A DNA stretch of 32,000 nt from Dickeya solani IPO 2222 (GTDB taxonomy: Bacteria > Pseudomonadota > Gammaproteobacteria > Enterobacterales > Enterobacteriaceae): assembly GCF_001644705.1 (NCBI RefSeq), contig NZ_CP015137.1, positions 1,110,001 to 1,142,000 on the forward strand, given 5' to 3'. Shown in pieces: positions 19,263 through 27,776 of this stretch (its first letter is position 1; each line of letters opens with the position of its first letter). The notes under the pieces are model-generated. The model was not told the origin of the DNA. It saw only the letters and a program-made list of their open reading frames with translations, and did not search any database. Made by a program: the position numbers and the translations under genes.

Positions 19263-20675
19263 CTACGGTGATAGCTCCTCAAGTACCTTCCCTTTCGTTT
19301 CAATGGCGTACAGCACCGTCACCACGCCCCCGATCAACGCAATCAGCGCAAAGGCGACAAACACGTACCGAACGCCAAAATCACCGACGATGACACCCAC
19401 CAGCAACGGACCAACGGCAGAGCCCGCCCGCAGCCAGGCGCTGCCAAGCCCAGTACCAACGGCTCGCAGCCGCGTCGGATAGAGTTCGGAGGAATAGAGG
19501 TACAGAGAGAACGTGATCGTCTGCAATATGGCATATGCCACCGTAGCGCAAACCAGCACCTGCATCGGCGTGGTCGCCCCGAGTACGGTCAATGTCACCA
19601 ACGGTATGATCGCCAGCAAAAATGCCGTCGCATACCAGGGCTTACGTCCGACCTTATCGATAGATAAGGCGCAGATAACCGATGCCAGAACACCGAATGC
19701 CGAGGTCGTCCAGCCATAGGCCAGCGCCGTTTCGAGCGGTAATCCAAACACTTTTCTGTACAGCGTCGGCAGCCAGGTTACCAGACCGTTGTTTATCATG
19801 TAGCCGCAAACCCATAGCGCCCAGATGGTGAACGTGCGTTTGCGGTAAATACCGGAAAACAGTTCGCGCCAACCTTGCCGCAACACAGATGGTCCTCCTG
19901 TCGGACGAATCACCGGCTCCGGTAGCGTGCCGCCACGACGAATCACCTCGCTTTCCAGCCTGGTCACTACCTTATCCGCTTCGGCAAAGCGCCCTTTTGA
20001 CGCCAGCCAGCGGGGTGATTCCGGCATCAGCCAGCGCAATGGCACGGTAATAATCGATGGAATCAATCCCACGATAAACATCGCCTTCCAGCCATAGATC
20101 GGCACCAGAAAATACCCGGCGATCCCGGCAAACATCATGCCTATCGGGAAAATGACTTCATACAGCAGGAAGAAGCGCCCGCGTTTTTTCGCACCGACGA
20201 ATTCGTTGATATAGGAGCTCGCCACGGGAACTTCGGCACCGATACCAACCCCCTGCAGAAAACGGAATACCATCATTGACGCGCCGCTCCAGGCAAAGAG
20301 GCAAGCGGCATCCATAAACACAAAAAGAAGAATCGTGATTTTCAGCACCCCAAGCCGACCGATTTTTTCGGCCAGCGAACCAAAAAAGACCGCACCGACC
20401 AATTGTCCAACATAACTGGCGGCGATAATCATACCGATATCGGCCGCACTCAATCCCCACTCAGCTGCGAGTTGTGGCATGGCAAACGCAATCGCCAGCA
20501 CCGTATAAGCGTCAAAAAAGGTGGAAAGCCCCACGACCACGCGAATAGTCAGCAACTGACGGGTAATGGGCATTCGTTCCAGACGAGCAACCAACTCGGC
20601 ATTGCTTGTTGATTCCGAGTGCGTGGTGCTGACGACCTGCTCTATGGCTCCGGCACTAATGTCATGTGTCGACAT
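19263..20675 (-). CDS. MFS transporter, metabolite/aromatic-acid:H+ symporter-like (12 TM)
   Basis: The 470-aa product has MFS signatures: GSLAEKIGRLG (the loop 2-3 motif), PESPRWL and ELYPTRLRAVG. GGAG lies 9 nt upstream of the ATG at 20675. Confidence 0.85.
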   Translation of the reverse strand: MSTHDISAGAIEQVVSTTHSESTSNAELVARLERMPITRQLLTIRVVVGLSTFFDAYTVLAIAFAMPQLAAEWGLSAADIGMIIAASYVGQLVGAVFFGSLAEKIGRLGVLKITILLFVFMDAACLFAWSGASMMVFRFLQGVGIGAEVPVASSYINEFVGAKKRGRFFLLYEVIFPIGMMFAGIAGYFLVPIYGWKAMFIVGLIPSIITVPLRWLMPESPRWLASKGRFAEADKVVTRLESEVIRRGGTLPEPVIRPTGGPSVLRQGWRELFSGIYRKRTFTIWALWVCGYMINNGLVTWLPTLYRKVFGLPLETALAYGWTTSAFGVLASVICALSIDKVGRKPWYATAFLLAIIPLVTLTVLGATTPMQVLVCATVAYAILQTITFSLYLYSSELYPTRLRAVGTGLGSAWLRAGSAVGPLLVGVIVGDFGVRYVFVAFALIALIGGVVTVLYAIETKGKVLEELSP

Positions 20676-20823
20676 AAGTTTGTTCTCCAGAAAGGATTTT
20701 CAGAGGCGCACCATGCCCGTTAAGAGCGGATATCGCATTGATAAGCCGGGAAAACGACAACAATGTCATCTTGACCGCGCTAATCATGCAGCGATGCTCA
20801 GAACACGGCAGCGCCGTGCTTCA

Positions 20824-21006
20824 TCAGCCAACGCGAGGCAGTTCAGCCGCCCGGATAACCGCCTTGATTTCCTCTTCCGCTCCCGCTTCCAGCGGCAGCA
20901 GACGGTCGTGGATGGCCCGTTTGGCGTAATCCACCGCGCCATCGCGGGTGAAGGGGGTGATCGTAGGTGGGTTCAGACCACGTAAATCGATAGTGATTTC
21001 TTTCAT
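20824..21006 (-). pseudogene. In-frame, triply deleted 60-codon relic of the DHDPS-like gene (paralogous to 13585-14520)
   Basis: The translation is MKEITIDLRGLNPPTITPFTRDGAVDY-AKRAIHDRLLP-LEAGAEEEIKAVIRAAELPRVG*. This corresponds to residues 1-27, about 239-250 and 290-311 of the intact copy. The deletion junctions fall at the microhomologies GGATTAC and TGCCG. The ORF-track version (start 21066) is over-extended. Confidence 0.85.
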
Positions 21007-21065
21007 AACGTCCTCTTTTTCCTGTAGGGTATTCTTTTTATAAAACGTTTGCGGGAACGTTTGCA
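20926..21065 (-). repeat. Right arm of the 140-bp inverted repeat
   Basis: It is the reverse complement of 13526-13665. The two antisense shadow ORFs in the track (13606-14424 and 20566-20985) end in almost the same peptide (...HRAIAGEGGDRRRVQTT versus ...HRAIAGEGGDRRWVQTT), which independently shows the duplication. Confidence 0.85.
21041..21065 (-). promoter_or_regulatory. Second copy of the tandem GCAAACGTT operator-like motif, upstream of the relic/MFS/FAH unit
   Basis: The minus strand reads TGCAAACGTTCCCGCAAACGTTTTA, identical to 13526-13550. A TTGACA lies 27 nt further upstream. Confidence 0.55.
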
Positions 21066-21427
21066 TATATTTCTGATAAAGGGCTGGTGGCTGTCAAGAA
21101 GACGATAAAGATTTTGATGGGTTGTGTGATGAGTATCGCCGTCTGACACTTCTCAGAGCAGTTCAAGCAGCTGAATAAAATATATGCAGATTACATCACG
21201 GAAATTTATCGGAAGAATAAACGACGTAGGAAGATGAGTATTAACTTACTAAAAATTAAATAAATTACAAAAAATAATCCAAATACCTTTTTACCTGCAT
21301 TTTATGAATAACAAACCGCCCGCTATGACAAAGTAATCCCTTTTTCTGATTATTTCGCCAGTGATTTGTAAGTCACTATTATCGGTTGCTTTTCGCATGC
21401 GAACAAAATAAGACACGCCAGAAATGC

Positions 21428-21454
21428 AAAACGCTGGCACAAGGCCAGCGTTTT
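21428..21454 (-). terminator. rplI (rpsF operon) rho-independent terminator
   Basis: AAAACGCTGGC pairs with GCCAGCGTTTT around a 5-nt loop. On the minus strand it is followed by TTTTGCATTT, 27 nt after the rplI stop. Confidence 0.85.
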
Positions 21455-21481
21455 ACGTGTTGTGGTCAACCGAAGTAAAAC

Positions 21482-21943
<462 letters not shown>

Positions 21944-21972
21944 TCAAAGTCTCGTTAATGGACAGTGGCCGA

Positions 21973-22525
<553 letters not shown>

Positions 22526-22530
22526 AACAA

Positions 22531-22941
<411 letters not shown>

Positions 22942-23023
22942 TTATTCAGCCTCCTGTCAGGGTCAGCCGCGGCCCATGGAAGCAAGGAACGTGTTGTTTG
23001 TACGACTGAAAAAATGACGCGTA

Positions 23024-23052
23024 AGTATACTGGCCCCCGCAAGAGAAAACAA
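23024..23052 (-). promoter_or_regulatory. Candidate sigma-70 promoter of the rpsF-priB-rpsR-rplI operon
   Basis: The minus strand reads TTGTTT (23047-23052), a 17-nt spacer, then TATACT (23024-23029). This would give a leader of about 95 nt, the region where the S6:S18 autoregulatory structure is described in E. coli. Confidence 0.45.
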
Positions 23053-23085
23053 GCCATATCGCTGACTTCCATCTGAGGAAACAGA

Positions 23086-23117
23086 GAAAAGCAGACATGG
23101 CCCGCCGACAGCGGGCC
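23086..23117 (-). terminator. yjfP terminator
   Basis: GGCCCGC (23099-23105) pairs with GCGGGCC (23111-23117). On the minus strand it is followed by atgtctgcTTTTctctgttt, 14 nt after the yjfP stop. Confidence 0.6.
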
Positions 23118-23130
23118 AGAAGCGGGTAAA

Positions 23131-23880
23131 TCAGAGCGAGCGCGAAAAGAAATCCGCGCCGGCCTGCAAGGCGGTCGGGGTGATTTTGTGGCCGATGCCG
23201 GCCTCGGTCAGGTAAGTCAGGCGCTGATGGGACTGGCGGGCGGTTAGCTCCTGGTACAATCGTTCGCTCTCCTGCGCCGGCACCAGTTCATCCGCCAGAC
23301 CGTGCCAGAGCAACAGCGGCCGGTCGGATACGGTGTCCAGTTGATGACGCACATCAAAGGGCGCCACTCGCTCAGCCAGCTCCTGTAACTGTGCCTGCGC
23401 GCCCGGTTCTTCCGGCGTTACCGGCGGAAACAGCGTCTGCGATAACGATGAAAAGTATCCGGAGCCCATAAAGCAGGCCGCAGCCCGCAGCCAGGGATAT
23501 TGCGTCATCGCAGCCAGCGCGGTCATTCCCCCCATTGACGCGCCGCAAATCCCGACCCGATCCCCGTCAATCAGCCCCTGTTCACGACACCAGTCCAGAT
23601 AGCCGGGCAATTCCCGAACATTATTAAGGAAAATATCCCAGAAACTGCGCCAGCGGCACGCCTCATCGCCGTCAAATCGCGCGCCATGCATCAACGCATC
23701 CGGCGCGATAACGCGGAACCCGGCCTTCGCCAGTGCGTAGGGAAAATACGCGTAGACTTCCTTCGACGAGGTATAGCCATGAAAGAAGAAAATGGTTGGC
23801 AACGGTCGCGTTCTGCCGCCGGATGGAAAGGCGTGTAACACCCCTATCCCTGAAACATTCTCACTACCCATTTCTACCAT
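23131..23880 (-). CDS. yjfP: Alpha/beta-hydrolase esterase YjfP
   Basis: The start at 23880 has GGAGG 5 nt upstream and gives a 249-aa product, the same length as E. coli YjfP. It is colinear with it (VLHAFP, FFHGYTSSKEVY, the nucleophile elbow GASMGG, LLLWHGLADELVP). Confidence 0.88.
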   Translation of the reverse strand: MVEMGSENVSGIGVLHAFPSGGRTRPLPTIFFFHGYTSSKEVYAYFPYALAKAGFRVIAPDALMHGARFDGDEACRWRSFWDIFLNNVRELPGYLDWCREQGLIDGDRVGICGASMGGMTALAAMTQYPWLRAAACFMGSGYFSSLSQTLFPPVTPEEPGAQAQLQELAERVAPFDVRHQLDTVSDRPLLLWHGLADELVPAQESERLYQELTARQSHQRLTYLTEAGIGHKITPTALQAGADFFSRSL

Positions 23881-24033
23881 CATCGCCTCCATTCCTTCAT
23901 TGATTGACAGGTAAAACCGTAAAAAACGCCTACAATTATTCTGTACATCATTTAACCACCAGCAACACTCGACACATAGAACAACAGTTCGCAATGATCT
24001 TGATCAAATTAGTTACAAAAGCACCAATTAGTG

Positions 24034-24060
24034 TAAAATTTCGCACTTTTTTGCCGTTAA
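24034..24060 (+). promoter_or_regulatory. FliA (sigma-28) promoter for the second MCP
   Basis: TAAAATTT-N11-GCCGTTAA matches the consensus TAAAGTTT-N11-GCCGATAA at 7 of 8 and 7 of 8 positions, 47 nt upstream of ATG 24108. Confidence 0.75.
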
Positions 24061-24107
24061 CGGCATTAGCCACTCCCTAATAACGTCCCACAATAAAGAG
24101 AATTATC

Positions 24108-26048
24108 ATGCAGCTTGCTTTTAGACGCTGGAGCCTCGGTGTCAAACTTTCAGTTATCGCCTCCCTGAGTGTGGCTGTGCTGTTTATCGCATTCAGCCTT
24201 AGCCTGACGCGCTCGGCCGGTGAGAAACTGGAATCGTTGACAATGCATGACATGGAAAGTCAGGTTACAGGTATTACCGATATGATAGCCATGTACGACA
24301 CCAGCCTGCAGGCCAGCGTCGACAGCTATACCAATCTGTTTGCCAGCTTTCTTCCTTCTCGTTTTACCGTGGACAATCAGGCGCGTCTGCCCATCAGCGG
24401 CACAACCGCGCCGAACCTGAAGTCCGGTGATACCATCCTCAACATGAACACCACCGTCACCGACGACTTTCTCAGCCGCACCGGTGCCATTTCCACCATT
24501 TTCGTGCGCGACGGCGACGACTTCGTGCGTATCACCACCTCGCTGAAGAAGGAAGACGGCTCGCGCGCCATCGGCACCAAACTGGATCGCGCCAGCCCGG
24601 CGTTCGCTTCCGTCTCCGGCAACAAGTCCTTCAGCGGGTTAGCGGTACTGTTCGGCAAACAATATATTACCCAGTACAAACCGGTCACCGACGCCAGCGG
24701 CAGCGTGATCGCCATTCTGTTCGTGGGGATTGATATCAGCAAAGAATTTGCCCAGATGCAAAAACGTATTCTGGATAAGCGTATCGGCAACGCCGGCCAC
24801 TTTATCGTACTCAGCAAGGCAGGCGCGACCGCTGGCACTTATCTGGTGCACCCGACGCTGACCGGGCAAAAACCGGACTGGTCTGGCGATGCGCTGCAAC
24901 AGGTGCTGAAAAACGACGGCGGCAAACTGGAATACGATGATAACAGCCTGAGCGGCGATGACCGTACCCAGGTGATGGTGTATCGCAGCGTACCGCAGTG
25001 GAAATGGGTCGTCGTCGGCACTATCAGCAAGGCCAGCCTGCTGGCGGAAATCAATACAATCCGCAATCTGTTTCTGGGCGGCGGCATCGCGCTGGTGGTG
25101 CTGTTTGCCGTGTTCTTTGTCTACCTGACCCGCCGCTGGCTGAGCCGGCCGCTGGATGAAGTGGTTAAAGTGGCGGAACAGTTCGCCGCCGGCAACTTGC
25201 AAGCGACGCTGACCACCAAAAGTCAGGACGAAGTCGGCCGGCTGGTGGACGCCATCAACAGTATGGGCCACGGCCTGACCCGACTCGTGTCTCAGGTGCG
25301 CGATGCCGCGGAAGAGATCGCCGCCGGGACTGACGCGCTGGCCGAAGACAGCGGCAACATCAGCGAGCAGATATCCCGTCAGGCCAGCAGCGTGGAAGAA
25401 ACCTCGGCGACGATGGAACAGTTGTCCTCGACGGTGAAACAGAATGCCGACAACGTCTCCTCCGCCAAAGGGCTGGCGGCGGAAAGCGCCAGCGCTGCAC
25501 AGAATGGCAGCAAAACGGTGGCGGACTCGGTGGAAACCATGAGTGAAATCAAACGCTCGTCGCAGAAAATCGCCGACATCACCACCACTATCCAGTCTAT
25601 CGCTTTCCAGACCAACATTCTGGCGCTCAACGCGGCGGTGGAAGCCTCGCGCGCCGGCGAGCACGGCAAGGGCTTCGCCGTGGTCGCCGCCGAAGTCCGC
25701 TCGCTGGCCCAGCGCAGCTCTTCGGCGGTGAAGGAAATCGAGGCGCTGATTGCCGAATCGTTGCATCAGATCGAAACCGGCTACCGTTTCTCGGAAAAAA
25801 CCCGTTCGGTGATGGACGATCTGCTGCATCGTATCCAGCAGGTCAGCACCATCGTCAATGACATTGATATCGCCTCGCGCGAGCAGTCGCAGGGAATTGA
25901 ACAGGTTAACGTGGCTATCAACCAGATTGGGCAGGCCATCAACCAGAACGCCTCGCTGGTGCAGAATTCGGAAAGCACCGCGCAGGGACTACGCGAAAAA
26001 GGCCATCATCTGAGCGATGTGGTCAGTGTGTTCCGCATCCACCCCTGA
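24108..26048 (+). CDS. Methyl-accepting chemotaxis protein with a Cache-type (Cache_3-Cache_2-like) periplasmic sensor
   Basis: The 646-aa product has TM1 LSVIASLSVAVLFIAFSLSL. Its sensor region contains AISTIFVRDGDDFVRITTSLKKEDGSRAIGTKL and VAILFVGIDIS. These are followed by TM2, a HAMP domain and the signalling hairpin [41 protein letters not shown]. Confidence 0.9.
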   Translation: MQLAFRRWSLGVKLSVIASLSVAVLFIAFSLSLTRSAGEKLESLTMHDMESQVTGITDMIAMYDTSLQASVDSYTNLFASFLPSRFTVDNQARLPISGTTAPNLKSGDTILNMNTTVTDDFLSRTGAISTIFVRDGDDFVRITTSLKKEDGSRAIGTKLDRASPAFASVSGNKSFSGLAVLFGKQYITQYKPVTDASGSVIAILFVGIDISKEFAQMQKRILDKRIGNAGHFIVLSKAGATAGTYLVHPTLTGQKPDWSGDALQQVLKNDGGKLEYDDNSLSGDDRTQVMVYRSVPQWKWVVVGTISKASLLAEINTIRNLFLGGGIALVVLFAVFFVYLTRRWLSRPLDEVVKVAEQFAAGNLQATLTTKSQDEVGRLVDAINSMGHGLTRLVSQVRDAAEEIAAGTDALAEDSGNISEQISRQASSVEETSATMEQLSSTVKQNADNVSSAKGLAAESASAAQNGSKTVADSVETMSEIKRSSQKIADITTTIQSIAFQTNILALNAAVEASRAGEHGKGFAVVAAEVRSLAQRSSSAVKEIEALIAESLHQIETGYRFSEKTRSVMDDLLHRIQQVSTIVNDIDIASREQSQGIEQVNVAINQIGQAINQNASLVQNSESTAQGLREKGHHLSDVVSVFRIHP

Positions 26049-26058
26049 TCGCGTCATC

Positions 26059-26100
26059 ACCTCTGCCGGCCACCGGCAGAGGTCCGCTTCGGCGGTTTAT
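26059..26100 (+). terminator. MCP terminator (11-bp hairpin plus a CCGC-UUCG-GCGG hairpin and a T-run)
   Basis: ACCTCTGCCGG (26059-26069) pairs with CCGGCAGAGGT (26073-26083). This is followed by CCGCTTCGGCGG (26084-26095) and TTTAT. Confidence 0.7.
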
Positions 26101-26185
26101 CCCCCGTTACACGCCAGCAGTATCCCTGTTTACCTCAAGGGGTTACACTATACTCCCCTGTACCGGACCGACCGGAACACCACCT

Positions 26186-26554
26186 ATGACACGCCCATCA
26201 TGGCTATTAAGCGTTACGCCGTTAGACCGAGTATTGCTGAGCGCCCTGTTATCAATGCTGATCAGCGGTTGTACGTTACTGGCCGGTAAGCCGGTCCCGC
26301 CGCCACCGCTCGCGGAGCAGGCGGTCGAAGTGTCCAGAGAACAGAGCTATCTGCTGGAAAAAACCGGTTCGGTCTCGGTCGATGTACGCGGCAGTCTGGA
26401 TGATGCGGTACGGGAAATACAACGTCAGGCCAACGCACGCGGCATGCCTTACTACCGGGTAGTCAGCCTGACGGAAGACGAACATGTGCGGCGGGATAGC
26501 TGGCGCGGCTACGCAATCTTCTACCGACTGCCGCCCACTGCCGCCCACCCCTGA
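26186..26554 (+). CDS. bsmA: BsmA (YjfO)-like DUF1471 lipoprotein
   Basis: It has the lipobox LISGC. The region EQSYLLEKTGSVSVDVRGSLDDAVREIQRQANARGMPYYRVV...WRGYAIFY parallels E. coli BsmA (QRIGSVSTMVRGSPDDALAEIKAKA...YYVVV...AILY). It is adjacent to yjfP, as in E. coli. The start codon is not certain. Confidence 0.75.
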   Translation: MTRPSWLLSVTPLDRVLLSALLSMLISGCTLLAGKPVPPPPLAEQAVEVSREQSYLLEKTGSVSVDVRGSLDDAVREIQRQANARGMPYYRVVSLTEDEHVRRDSWRGYAIFYRLPPTAAHP

Positions 26555-26600
26555 ACCAGCCAGGCCAAACCAGTTTCCCAAAAAGATTGAGAGGATAAGG

Positions 26601-26876
26601 ATGAAAACAAAGATTGCCGCCATCGCCCTGTTACTGCTGACAACCGGCGTTAGCGGCGTGGCAGCGGCCTCGGAATACCCGTGCCGCAGCCCGGAATGGA
26701 ATGTCTGGGTCGAAATGCAGGTGAATACGCGCGGGCAACTGGGCGATGTGGAAGTGGGTTCGCTGATCTGGCAACAGGCGGTAGAAAGCCAGCTGCCTGC
26801 GGCGTCCTGGCCATCACGCAATTCAGTGCTGTGGTGCGCCGCGGTAGAACAGAAACTTGCCGGACTGAAAAAATAA
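26601..26876 (+). CDS. Small secreted protein of unknown function (91 aa, 2 Cys in the mature part)
   Basis: The internal ATG at 26601 is preceded by GAGGATAAGG. The signal peptide is MKTKIAAIALLLLTTGVSGVAAA/SE. A strong hairpin terminator follows. I do not recognise the family. Confidence 0.65.
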   Translation: MKTKIAAIALLLLTTGVSGVAAASEYPCRSPEWNVWVEMQVNTRGQLGDVEVGSLIWQQAVESQLPAASWPSRNSVLWCAAVEQKLAGLKK

Positions 26877-26900
26877 CGCGTATCCGGCGCCCACTAGCAA

Positions 26901-26926
26901 CAGGGCAACCCGCCTCGGTTGCCCTG
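26901..26926. terminator. 10-bp hairpin between the convergent small-protein gene and rlmB
   Basis: CAGGGCAACC (26901-26910) pairs with GGTTGCCCTG (26917-26926) around the loop CGCCTC. Confidence 0.6.
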
Positions 26927-26978
26927 CCAACAGGCATCATGCCTGATGCCGGTTTCTCTTAGCGCGCCTGCGCCATGA

Positions 26979-27713
26979 TCATGCCTGACGCTGGCGTACG
27001 GCTTCGAACAGACAGACCCCCGTGGCGACCGACACATTCAGCGACGACACGCTGCCCTCCATCGGAATGCTGATCAGTTCATCGCAATGTTCGCGGGTCA
27101 AACGGCGCATCCCTTCCCCTTCCGCCCCCATCACCAGCGCCAACGGGCCAGTGAGTTTGCTCTGATACAACGTGTGATCCGCTTCGCCCGCCGTACCGAC
27201 GATCCAGACGTTCTGCTCCTGCAGGAAACGCAGCGTTCGCGCCAGATTGGTCACGCGAATCAGCGGCACGGTTTCCGCCGCGCCACAGGCGACTTTCTTC
27301 GCAGTAGCGTTAAGCTGGGCGGAACGATCGCGCGGCACAATCACCGCGTGGACCCCCGCCGCGTCAGCGCTGCGCAGACAGGCGCCCAGATTGTGCGGGT
27401 CGGTCACGCCGTCCAGCACCAGCAGGAACGGGGTATCCAACGATGCCAGCAGCCCCGGCAGGTCGTTTTCCTGATACTGACGCCCTTCTTTCACCCGAGC
27501 GACAATCCCCTGATGCACCGCGCCTTCCACCTTGTCGTCCAACCACTGACGGTTGGCGACCTGCACCGCGATGCCGTTGGCTTCCAGCTCAGCGATCAAC
27601 GGCTGCAGGCGGCGGTCCTCACGTCCTTTAAGGGTGAACACTTCCAGAAAACGTTGGGGGTCTTGCTCCAGCAGCGCTTTCACCGCATGGATGCCGTAAA
27701 TAATTTCGCTCAT
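26979..27713 (-). CDS. rlmB: 23S rRNA (guanosine2251-2'-O)-methyltransferase RlmB
   Basis: The 244-aa product starts [16 protein letters not shown] and has the SpoU/TrmH motifs [21 protein letters not shown] and [17 protein letters not shown]. It lies directly downstream of rnr, as in E. coli. Confidence 0.95.
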   Translation of the reverse strand: MSEIIYGIHAVKALLEQDPQRFLEVFTLKGREDRRLQPLIAELEANGIAVQVANRQWLDDKVEGAVHQGIVARVKEGRQYQENDLPGLLASLDTPFLLVLDGVTDPHNLGACLRSADAAGVHAVIVPRDRSAQLNATAKKVACGAAETVPLIRVTNLARTLRFLQEQNVWIVGTAGEADHTLYQSKLTGPLALVMGAEGEGMRRLTREHCDELISIPMEGSVSSLNVSVATGVCLFEAVRQRQA

Positions 27714-27776
27714 TAATACTCTTCAAACAGGTTAACGGGGCAGCCGGCCCGGCTGCCCATGATACAGATGCGAGGA

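Noticed and set aside
26931-26986. A repeated 11-mer ATCATGCCTGA (26936 and 26976) and the mini-palindrome CAGGCATcATGCCTG near the rlmB stop
   Set aside because: It is too short, with one copy inside the rlmB coding end. The palindrome loop is too small to fold. It is probably coincidental.
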